NCBI GenBank assembly: GCA_040306945.1
Contig: JAWRKM010000054.1
Location: forward strand, 3,056 to 67,055
From: Anaerohalosphaeraceae bacterium
GTDB taxonomy: Bacteria > Planctomycetota > Phycisphaerae > Sedimentisphaerales > Anaerohalosphaeraceae
DNA length: 64,000 nt
Direction of reading: 5' to 3'
A program made the translations under genes and the position numbers. The notes under the pieces were generated by a model that worked only from the letters and a program-made list of their open reading frames with translations, did not search any database and was not told the DNA's origin. This document shows positions 56,238 through 64,000 of this stretch, piece after piece (positions within the stretch are counted from its first letter, which is position 1; every line of letters begins with the position of its first letter).

Positions 56238-56824
56238 TCTTTTGAATCCAAATCCACACGTCCGGTCAGCAGTTGTTCCGCCATGCCATGCTGCATCGTA
56301 ACACGTCCGGTCTGACTCACCGTCACGTGGGCATGATGCAGCCCGTCACCCAGTTGAATCAGGCAGGCCTGTGCCCTGCCGTCCGGATAAAACAAACTCT
56401 GTGCCTGCCGGCCATCCAGACCATCCACCACAAACAGCTCCACCAGCAGTTTCTTATCCAAAGCAAGCGGACGGGTATAGGCATTCTTGAGTATCGGGCT
56501 TTCCATCTGCCCCGACAGGCTTTCCATCTGCGGTACTTCCGCCATCGAGGTGCCAGACAGCCCAGTCGGCATCGCAGCTTCCAGATAAAACAGCTGCTGG
56601 GCCTCATTCAATTTCAGAGCAACCACCGTTTGCCTTTCAATCGCCGCAATGCGGGCATACTTGGCAATCAGATAGAGCTGGCGGGTCTGATTCATCAACA
56701 CGGTCTGCGACCCCATCTTCGAGTAACGCAGCACGGAAATGGAAGCAAGGATCCCCACCAGCGCCGCAACCGCCAGCAGCTCGATCATCGTAAAAGCTGA
56801 TTGGTTTCGAGTCCTTGCCAACAT
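56234..56824 (-). CDS. gspH: T2SS minor pseudopilin GspH
   Basis: QSA-FTMIELLAV prepilin site, ARIAAI, FYPDG motif. Confidence 0.85.
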   Translation of the reverse strand: MLARTRNQSAFTMIELLAVAALVGILASISVLRYSKMGSQTVLMNQTRQLYLIAKYARIAAIERQTVVALKLNEAQQLFYLEAAMPTGLSGTSMAEVPQMESLSGQMESPILKNAYTRPLALDKKLLVELFVVDGLDGRQAQSLFYPDGRAQACLIQLGDGLHHAHVTVSQTGRVTMQHGMAEQLLTGRVDLDSKE

Positions 56825-56862
56825 ACTTGTCCTCAGGCTTCAATTCTTCATTTCAAAAGCCA

Positions 56863-57282
56863 TTAATCATTATAAATATCCGCATTATCCCCTTCACCGC
56901 CGGGCTGACCATCGGCACCGTAACTGAAAATATCATAGCTGTTCATATTCACGGTGCCCTGCTGCAGATAAAAATAGGGCCGATCCCATGGATCCAGCAG
57001 GTCGCTCTTTTTCAGATACGGCCCATCCCAGCGGTCCTGAACATCCGACGGCGGAACCAATAGCGCCTCAAGGCCTTCGGTATCTGCCGGCAGCCGACCG
57101 CAGGAATATTCAAAGCGTGCCAACGCCCCTTCAATAATGGCGATCTTGCCCTTGGCAATATCCCGCTTGGCCTTGCCCAGCCCCTTAAAGGCACGCGGCA
57201 CGACAAAAACCGCCAGCAAGGCAATAATGGTAGCCACCGCCAACAATTCAATAATCGTAAACCCTTTTCTGCTTTTCCTCAT
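56863..57282 (-). CDS. gspG: T2SS major pseudopilin GspG
   Basis: RKG-FTIIELL, EGLEALL, WDGPYL, DPWDRPYFY, SYGADGQPGGEGDNADI. An upstream ATG at 57330 is also possible. Confidence 0.94.
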   Translation of the reverse strand: MRKSRKGFTIIELLAVATIIALLAVFVVPRAFKGLGKAKRDIAKGKIAIIEGALARFEYSCGRLPADTEGLEALLVPPSDVQDRWDGPYLKKSDLLDPWDRPYFYLQQGTVNMNSYDIFSYGADGQPGGEGDNADIYND

Positions 57283-57333
57283 TGGTTTGCCTTTCTTATC
57301 CCTGTTCAACTCAAATACCTTATTCCTCATAAC

Positions 57334-58563
57334 CTATAATGCGGACGTTAAATCCATCGCCAGAATCGGCAGCAGGGTTGCTGCGATAATAAACCCAATC
57401 ACCGTCGCCAGAAGCAGAATCAATATCGTCGGCAGCAGCGACACAAATCGCACCAGCGCCGAATCCGCCTGGTCATCAAATGTATCCGCCGCCTGGAGCA
57501 GCAGTTCATCCAGCCGGCCAGTCTGTTCCCCCAGGGCAACAATCTGTACCAGAAGTTTGTCAAACATCCCGGACTGTCCCAGCGGTTCGGCCACTGAGCG
57601 GCCGCCCTTGACTTCCGCGGCCACTTTGTCAATCTGCTGCCCCAGAACCTCGTTGCCCAGCGTATCCCGAACTACCGATAATCCTTCCAGAATCGTGATC
57701 CCGCATTTGCACAACGAACCAAGCGTACGAGCGAAACGCCCCACCGCCAGAGTCCGCAGCACCTTGCCAACCATCGGGATTTTCAGTTTAAAACCGTCCC
57801 AGGCAACCCGTCCCGCCTGCGTTTCCTTCCAGCGGTTAAACGCATAAATCCCGCCTATGATCACAATCGCCAGCAGCCATCCATACACAGCCAGAAAATC
57901 ACTGACACCCAGCAGCGCCTTGGTCGGCCCAGGCAGTGATGCCTTGTCGGCTCCGATGGTGGCGATAATCTTGGGCAGCACCCAGACCAGCATAACCACC
58001 ACCGATATCAACCCGACCGCCATCACCATAATGGGATACGCTGCCGCATTTTTGATATTGGATTTGATTTTCTCTTCACGCGTCAGAAGCCGTACCAGCT
58101 GATCAAAGGTCTGATCCAGGATACCTCCGGTTTCTCCCACCCGCACCATCGAAATATACAGAGGACTGAAGACACGCGGATATTGCTCCATCGCCTCTGA
58201 CAGCGATTTGCCGGAACTGACCTGCCTGGACAGATGTTCCAGCAGGGTAATAATCGCAGGCTTGCTCTGCTGATCACGGATGATTTGCAACGCCTCCAGA
58301 ACCGGAAGACCCGCCTTCAGCGCCGTCGAAAGCTGCACTGAAAATGCCAGCACGTCCTTGCTGCTGACACGAATGCGAACCTCGCCTTCACCAGCCGATA
58401 CCGCTGCGGCCCGATGCGCTTGCCGCTGGGTTTCGTTCAGCTCCAGGGCAAAATGACCCTTTTGTGCCAGAAGCCCGATGGCCGCCTTGCGGTCCGATGC
58501 TTCGATAACGCCCTTCAGCGATTTGCCCGCTGTATCCACTGCCTTGTATTCAAATAACGACAA
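57334..58563 (-). CDS. gspF: T2SS inner membrane platform protein GspF
   Basis: QLSTALKAGLP, SMVRVGETGG, AAAYP, LGEQTGRLDELL, three TM helices. Confidence 0.94.
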   Translation of the reverse strand: MSLFEYKAVDTAGKSLKGVIEASDRKAAIGLLAQKGHFALELNETQRQAHRAAAVSAGEGEVRIRVSSKDVLAFSVQLSTALKAGLPVLEALQIIRDQQSKPAIITLLEHLSRQVSSGKSLSEAMEQYPRVFSPLYISMVRVGETGGILDQTFDQLVRLLTREEKIKSNIKNAAAYPIMVMAVGLISVVVMLVWVLPKIIATIGADKASLPGPTKALLGVSDFLAVYGWLLAIVIIGGIYAFNRWKETQAGRVAWDGFKLKIPMVGKVLRTLAVGRFARTLGSLCKCGITILEGLSVVRDTLGNEVLGQQIDKVAAEVKGGRSVAEPLGQSGMFDKLLVQIVALGEQTGRLDELLLQAADTFDDQADSALVRFVSLLPTILILLLATVIGFIIAATLLPILAMDLTSAL

Positions 58564-58599
58564 TTCCTTTGTCTCCTGTCTGGATGATTCTGAATGCGA

Positions 58600-60339
58600 C
58601 TAATCTTCTTCCACACCCTGTGTCACGCGGAGCACTTCTTCCGGCGTCGTCATCCCCGCCAGAATCTTCTCGATGCCGTCATGACGCATGGGATGATAGT
58701 CCGAGGGTGCCGCAGCCATTATCTGTTCGGTCGTCGGACGCTCGGCAATCAGCTTGCGAAGGGTTTCGGTAATCCGCAAAAATTCGAATATCCCGTTTCG
58801 CCCCCGCATTCCCGTCTGGTTGCAGTCATCGCAGCCGGTACCATGATACAACGATGCATCCGGGGGAATTGAGATGGAATTATTCAGATTGGCCAGCAGC
58901 ATCTCGTCCGGCTTATACGGCTTGCGGCAGGACGGACAAATCTTGCGAACCAGCCGCTGTGCCAGTACGCCTTCCAGAGAACTGGCCAGCAAAAACGGCT
59001 CTACCCCCATATCAATCAGACGGGTAATCGCACCCGCTGCATTATTGGTATGCAGCGTCGACAGCACAAGGTGGCCGGTCAGAGCCGCACGAATCGCAAT
59101 CTCGGCGGTTTCTTTATCACGAATTTCGCCAACCATGATAATGTTGGGATCCTGACGCAAGATATGACGCAATCCCCGCCCAAAGGTCAAACCTCGACGC
59201 GGATTGATGGGCATCTGAACCACGCCTTCCAGCTGATATTCAACCGGGTCTTCAACCGTAATAATCTTCAGCGCAGGATTATAAATATGATTCAAGGACG
59301 CATACAGCGTCGTCGTTTTACCGCTGCCTGTCGGACCGGTAACCAGAATGATTCCGTGTGTTTTGCTCAGGGCCTGAGTGAATCCCTCCAGCATCTCCGT
59401 GCTCATTCCCAAATCATGCAGAGCAATCAACGCATTGCTCCGATCCAGAATACGCATCACGACCGCTTCTCCCCATACCGACGGAACCGTCGAAACACGC
59501 AAATCCACTTTGCCCCGACCCGTACTGAACTCAATGTGCCCATCCTGCGGGATATAACGTTCCGCAATATTCATCCCGGCCATAATTTTAATACGCGAAA
59601 TAATCGCCGCCTGCAGACGTTTGGGGGAGGTTGATTTTTCTATCAGCATCCCATCAATGCGATATTTGATTTTGACCTGGTTTTCGAAAGGCTCAATATG
59701 AATATCACTGGCGCGGGATTCAATCGCCTCCAGCAAAATCAGATTCACCAGGTTGACCAGGGATGGCTCACGCGCCAGCTCATGCAGTCGTGAGGCTGTC
59801 AGCTGACCATTGGAATCTTGTTCCTCAGATTCTTCCGACGCAGATAAATTGCGAACCATCCGGGCAACATTGCTGCCGTAATAATGCTGAATCACTTTTT
59901 CCAGTTCCGACGGACGGCTGTAACATCGGCGGATCGACAGCCCCGTGATCATCCGCAAATTGCTCAATGCAACATGGTCAAAGGGATCCGACATCGCCAG
60001 GATCAGGCGTCCGTTTTCACGCCCCACCGGCAGCACATTATACTGGCTGGCCGCTTCCGCAGGCACCAGCGACAGCACATCCGGCGGGATTGTCAAACCC
60101 TCCAACTCCAGCTTCTCAATCCCTGCCTGTTCACAGAGAACCTCATTTAAAAAACGAGTGTTCAAGCCGGTAATATCCAGCAGAATCTGCCCCAGCTTAC
60201 GGGGATCGTCTTTTTGCATTTCCAGGGCCTCTGCCAACTGTTTGGAATTGATAAGGCCTTTACTGCAAAGCAATTCTCCAAGTTTTGGACGCATTATCGA
60301 AATATTCCTTTTCGCCTGTGTGTCTAAGCACGTTTCCAT
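58600..60339 (-). CDS. gspE: T2SS assembly ATPase GspE/PilB with N-terminal MshEN motifs
   Basis: Walker A GPTGSGKTTT, TVEDPVEY, LRQDPNIIMVGEIRD, HLVLSTLHTN, CxxC...CxxC zinc motif. Start is 60339 or 60294. Confidence 0.95.
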   Translation of the reverse strand: METCLDTQAKRNISIMRPKLGELLCSKGLINSKQLAEALEMQKDDPRKLGQILLDITGLNTRFLNEVLCEQAGIEKLELEGLTIPPDVLSLVPAEAASQYNVLPVGRENGRLILAMSDPFDHVALSNLRMITGLSIRRCYSRPSELEKVIQHYYGSNVARMVRNLSASEESEEQDSNGQLTASRLHELAREPSLVNLVNLILLEAIESRASDIHIEPFENQVKIKYRIDGMLIEKSTSPKRLQAAIISRIKIMAGMNIAERYIPQDGHIEFSTGRGKVDLRVSTVPSVWGEAVVMRILDRSNALIALHDLGMSTEMLEGFTQALSKTHGIILVTGPTGSGKTTTLYASLNHIYNPALKIITVEDPVEYQLEGVVQMPINPRRGLTFGRGLRHILRQDPNIIMVGEIRDKETAEIAIRAALTGHLVLSTLHTNNAAGAITRLIDMGVEPFLLASSLEGVLAQRLVRKICPSCRKPYKPDEMLLANLNNSISIPPDASLYHGTGCDDCNQTGMRGRNGIFEFLRITETLRKLIAERPTTEQIMAAAPSDYHPMRHDGIEKILAGMTTPEEVLRVTQGVEED

Positions 60340-60570
60340 CGTCAGTTTCGCCACTTTAACATTTTTGCAATTTCTTATATTTAAATAACTTACGCACTTA
60401 GTGTCAAATCCAGATGAAGCTTGTAAGCTTAGACGGACAAAGACAGAAAATTGTTTCAAAAATTTTAAAGACAGGGAAAATTTGACTTGAGGAAGAAAAG
60501 AAATGATAAAAAGCACTTAATTACAGACTATCCGAGTGTAGTATCTAAGGTATTAATCAGACAATTTCGG

Positions 60571-61200
60571 CTATATCGAATTCTCAATCACACCATGATG
60601 TTTCTGAATCGCAATACGCAATCCCGGCGCCATCGCGGCAATCGTACTCAGCTCCTCTGCGGTAAATGGTTTCTCAGCCTGCCGATAGAGCAAGACAAAA
60701 CCGACTCCTTTACCCATTTTACCGAGCGGAACTCCAGCAGCCGTAATATGCTTCAGCACCGCAGGATTCGCCTGAAGTCCCATCTCAAGCATCTGCTCCA
60801 GCGTACAAATCCGACTGCTCCGGCTGATTTCCTGGACTACAGGCATCGTAAACCACGTCTCAAAATGCCCTTTCTCGACAGCAAACTCCGATGACGAGTT
60901 GGAAGAAAAATGAATATCAAACCCTTTCGGCTCAGCCAGGAAAATCGCCACCCCCGACGCATCCAGATTTTCCCGCATAAAACTGGCCGCAGAATCCAGA
61001 ATCAATGTCAAGTCGGATAATCCCAGCAGGCTCTCATGAAACCGTAACACAAACGAAAGCGTGGCAACCTTCTGAACAAATTCACCATGCGCACCAACAA
61101 TATCTCGACATAAAATGTCTATTTTTTTGTGCTGACGCTGCTCCCGCCTGCGCAACATGCGGATCACACGTAAGGCTCGTTCATTTCGTTTGAGGTTCAA
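60571..61200 (-). CDS. Hypothetical protein: N-terminal helix plus GAF-like domain
   Basis: Basic coiled helix, then ILDSAASFMRENLDASGVAIF...AAGVPL...GFVLLYRQAEKPFTAEELSTI (GAF-type PL and F..EE pattern); TTG start after AAGGGA. Confidence 0.6.
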   Translation of the reverse strand: MNLKRNERALRVIRMLRRREQRQHKKIDILCRDIVGAHGEFVQKVATLSFVLRFHESLLGLSDLTLILDSAASFMRENLDASGVAIFLAEPKGFDIHFSSNSSSEFAVEKGHFETWFTMPVVQEISRSSRICTLEQMLEMGLQANPAVLKHITAAGVPLGKMGKGVGFVLLYRQAEKPFTAEELSTIAAMAPGLRIAIQKHHGVIENSI

Positions 61201-61326
61201 GACCGAATCCCTTAAAAAAACAGTTCTCCCAATTTATTCGGCCCTTTTCTGCCGCTTCTGAAGAAACGTTTTACAAGATTAGCAATTTCTGACCATTTCG
61301 TCCGATAATGCTTGAAACTACAAAAC

Positions 61327-62757
61327 CTACTCCAAATACACAGACTCCCCAGAGCGAATCGGGGGAATTTCCGATATTTTCCCTTGTATATCCTCTTTAA
61401 ATAGGGCAAAACTCGGTGCTATTTCCAGAATACAGTCCGGCCGCCCATCGGCTTTACGCGGCACTTTCACCCCTGCCGCTTCCAGCCAGCAAGCCGCCCG
61501 ATCAATCATCATCTGATAAGTCACCTCGGCACTATCCACCCCGGTCGCATTTTTGACAGGAGCAAATTCCTCACTTCGCAGCGTTTCCAGAATAATGGAT
61601 TGTTTGGCCATCGGCAACGCATCAAACACAAATGTTTCCAGCTTAACCCCATTGGGCTTGTCCGGATTGACCGCATTGCCCTGAGCATCGATATGCGGGA
61701 TTTTCTTGATAGCCTTGTGGAACGGCAATGCAAACCCGCCGCCGGCGTTGAGCTTTTCGATAAAGCTGACGCTAATCATATGGATTCCGATGGACCCCAA
61801 TTCAAAAACGAGCCGGCCATCGGCATTTTTGCGATGAGCCTGTTCATCCGGCAGATCGCTGTATTCAATCACCGTAACCTTGCCATCCACCAGGCAGAAA
61901 TTCCCCACCTTCTCCAGCGGTCCGGCCTTGAGCAATGCCTTGGATGACATCTCTGCTCCATCCATCGCATGCAGCCCGATAAACAGCGGATCCAGCACAT
62001 GAACCAGTGGATTATCCACCTGCCAATACGACAGGTATTCAATGCCGCGGCGTTTCATATCTGCCAGCGCCCCGCTGTCGGCCAATGCTTTCAGACTGCC
62101 CCCATGTCCGTCCGGACTGGTCGCCAACGTCCCTTTGTCTGCCAGAAATATCTTGCCGTCAAAGGCAAAATTCGGCATCGTGCCCTGAACAAAAATCACC
62201 ACATTGGATTTCTTCAAACCAAAATAACCAGCTTTCTCAAAACTGTCCACCGTGGCTTGATAATTCAGCGGGCTGGTCATCACATACCACGGAATATCCA
62301 CGTGATATCGCTTTGAGGCTGCCAGAATCGACTCGCCGAAAATCGTAAACAGCGTTTTCTTTTTGATCGGACTGGTCGGGTAATTGCCTTTGGGCCCGTC
62401 AAACCCCAGCCGCGTTCCCTGCCCGCCGGCAACAACAAAGCCTGCCGCCTTGCCTTGCCGCAGCAGCGTTTCTCCCAACTGGCGTGCCTTGGCATATTTG
62501 TCTTTCTGAGCTGCTGTCTTGGGCTGGGCAGGATAAGAAGGTGCCGGCTCAAACGAGGTGGGAATTGCAATCATTCCATCGTGTTTGACATATCGCTCAA
62601 CCCACTCGGGAATGCGGCCAAAATCCAGCTTCTCAATCTGCCCAAGCAGCGCATCCTGCTGCCGGGCATCAAGCTGGGAATAAAACGCCAGCAGGTGTTC
62701 CTGCCCAATCTGTTTACACTGTCTCAAAGCCTTATCAAATCGTGTCTGATCTGCCAT
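61327..62757 (-). CDS. UDPGP type 1 family pyrophosphorylase (UDP-GlcNAc/UDP-glucose pyrophosphorylase-like)
   Basis: VAGGQGTRLGFDGPKG, SPDGHGG, WQVDN, EKVG, VIEYSD, KLETFVFD, EFAPVKNA. Confidence 0.9.
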   Translation of the reverse strand: MADQTRFDKALRQCKQIGQEHLLAFYSQLDARQQDALLGQIEKLDFGRIPEWVERYVKHDGMIAIPTSFEPAPSYPAQPKTAAQKDKYAKARQLGETLLRQGKAAGFVVAGGQGTRLGFDGPKGNYPTSPIKKKTLFTIFGESILAASKRYHVDIPWYVMTSPLNYQATVDSFEKAGYFGLKKSNVVIFVQGTMPNFAFDGKIFLADKGTLATSPDGHGGSLKALADSGALADMKRRGIEYLSYWQVDNPLVHVLDPLFIGLHAMDGAEMSSKALLKAGPLEKVGNFCLVDGKVTVIEYSDLPDEQAHRKNADGRLVFELGSIGIHMISVSFIEKLNAGGGFALPFHKAIKKIPHIDAQGNAVNPDKPNGVKLETFVFDALPMAKQSIILETLRSEEFAPVKNATGVDSAEVTYQMMIDRAACWLEAAGVKVPRKADGRPDCILEIAPSFALFKEDIQGKISEIPPIRSGESVYLE

Positions 62758-62781
62758 ACTTCTGTTTTCCGATAATCCAAA

Positions 62782-64000
62782 CTATGATAATTTACCCGTA
62801 ATGAATGTCTTTGCAGTGCGGAGAGCCTCATCGATTTTAGACGGGTCCTTGCCGCCGGCCTGAGCAAACTGCGGACGTCCACCACCCCCGCCGCCGACAA
62901 TCGGAGCAATCTGTTTGACAATATCGCCTGCAGATATTTTTTTAATCAAATCATCCGTCACGCCGGCAAACAGCATCACTTTGCCGTCTCCGTCTGCCAT
63001 CCCCAGCACGACCACCGCCGACCCGGCTTTGGCCCGCAGACTGTCAATTAAACCGCGTGCCTGATCTGCACCCAGCGCCGGAATCGATTCAGCAACCACC
63101 ACCGTTGCTCCCTGCCTGGAAGACCTGGCCAGCAGATCGTCTGCCGAGACCTGGGCGGATGCCGCTGCTGCCGCCCCGCTTTTGAGCTGCTTGGCCAGCG
63201 ATTTATTGTCCTCCATAATTTTCGCCACCCGGGACGTAATCTGATCGGCTGGGACTTTGAGCATCCCGACCAGTTCATCTACAATTGCATTGCGGCCCAT
63301 CAAATAGTCCACCAGCTTTGTACCGGTCAATGCCGTAATACGTCGGACACCCGCCGAGACGCTTTCTTCTTTGACAATCCCAAACCCCCCGATTTCAGAT
63401 GTGTTGGACACATGCGTGCCGCCGCAAAATTCCTTGCTGAACGCCTCGCCAAAATGGTCTTTATCCGGTGCCCCGATCCCAATCACCCGGACCACATCTC
63501 CGTATTTTTCGCCAAACAGGGCCATAGCCCCCAGTTTTCTGGCCTCCTCAATCGGCAGGCTCACACACGTTACCGGCAGCCCCTCTGCTATCTTCTGATT
63601 GACCAAAGCCTGGATTTCCGCGGACTGTTCCGGCGTCAGCCCCTTGGGCCAGGTGTAATCAAACCGCAGATAATCCGGACAGACCGCACTGCCCTGTTGT
63701 TTGACCGAATCCCCCAGGACCTTTTGCAGTGCCCATTGCAGAATATGCGTTGCGGTGTGATTCTTGCGGCTGGCCTGACGGTCTTGATAAACCTGCATCG
63801 TTGCCACATCTCCCGCAGCCACTCCGCCGCGGTGCAGTCGCCCTTTATGGAGCACGCAATTGCCGACTTTTTCTGTCCCCTCAACAATAAATTCCCAGTC
63901 TTCTCCGCGAATTAGCCCCTCATCGCCAACCTGTCCGCCAGATTCGGCATAAAAACAGGTCTTGTCCAGAACCAGTGCCGCCGGTTTATGGGCATCTTCA
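62782..64000 (-). CDS. alaS: Alanyl-tRNA synthetase, 5'-truncated by the window edge
   Basis: Frame runs to the edge (FYAESGGQVGD), NHTATHIL editing motif, EFCGGTHV, GVRRITA, C-terminal GGGGGGRPQFAQAGG. Confidence 0.97.
   Translation of the reverse strand, partial: EDAHKPAALVLDKTCFYAESGGQVGDEGLIRGEDWEFIVEGTEKVGNCVLHKGRLHRGGVAAGDVATMQVYQDRQASRKNHTATHILQWALQKVLGDSVKQQGSAVCPDYLRFDYTWPKGLTPEQSAEIQALVNQKIAEGLPVTCVSLPIEEARKLGAMALFGEKYGDVVRVIGIGAPDKDHFGEAFSKEFCGGTHVSNTSEIGGFGIVKEESVSAGVRRITALTGTKLVDYLMGRNAIVDELVGMLKVPADQITSRVAKIMEDNKSLAKQLKSGAAAAASAQVSADDLLARSSRQGATVVVAESIPALGADQARGLIDSLRAKAGSAVVVLGMADGDGKVMLFAGVTDDLIKKISAGDIVKQIAPIVGGGGGGRPQFAQAGGKDPSKIDEALRTAKTFITGKLS

Noticed and set aside
60340-60516. 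Hydrophobic N-terminal extension of the GspE ORF
   Set aside because: It is AT-rich promoter DNA read in frame; the MshEN domain marks the real N-terminus.

Overview
A ~64 kb chromosomal window, most likely from an anaerobic, fermentative planctomycete (Phycisphaerae/Sedimentisphaerales-like). This is inferred from gene content, not from a marker gene. No CRISPR array, rRNA or intact mobile element was found. Contents in order: the 3' part of adhE; small housekeeping genes; tRNA-Val(CAC) and tRNA-Thr(CGT), both without encoded CCA; a hexokinase-galE-lipoprotein unit; xerD; a large hydrogen locus (hydG-aspA-hydF-hydE, then rex-hydC-hydB-hydA of bifurcating type, sensory hydS and a PP2C phosphatase); phosphoketolase, D-lactate dehydrogenase and a Tat sulfatase; a trpEGDFBA operon that lacks trpC and has an unannotated leader peptide and attenuator; two small hypothetical genes divergent from a 71-aa bacterial histone with a Lys-rich tail; a GT4-GH57-debranching enzyme glucan operon; a TM/plant-type tRNase Z; a type II secretion cluster (E-F-G-H-I-J-K-L-M-C-like-D) with long Gly-rich disordered inserts and an MshEN-type ATPase; a GAF-like gene; a UDPGP-family pyrophosphorylase; and the 3' part of alaS. 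The most notable observations are the tailed histone with a perfect 30-bp AT palindrome beside it, the leaderless trpL attenuator, and the Rex/H2-sensor-controlled hydrogenase locus. All calls come from motif recognition by eye; no database searches were run.
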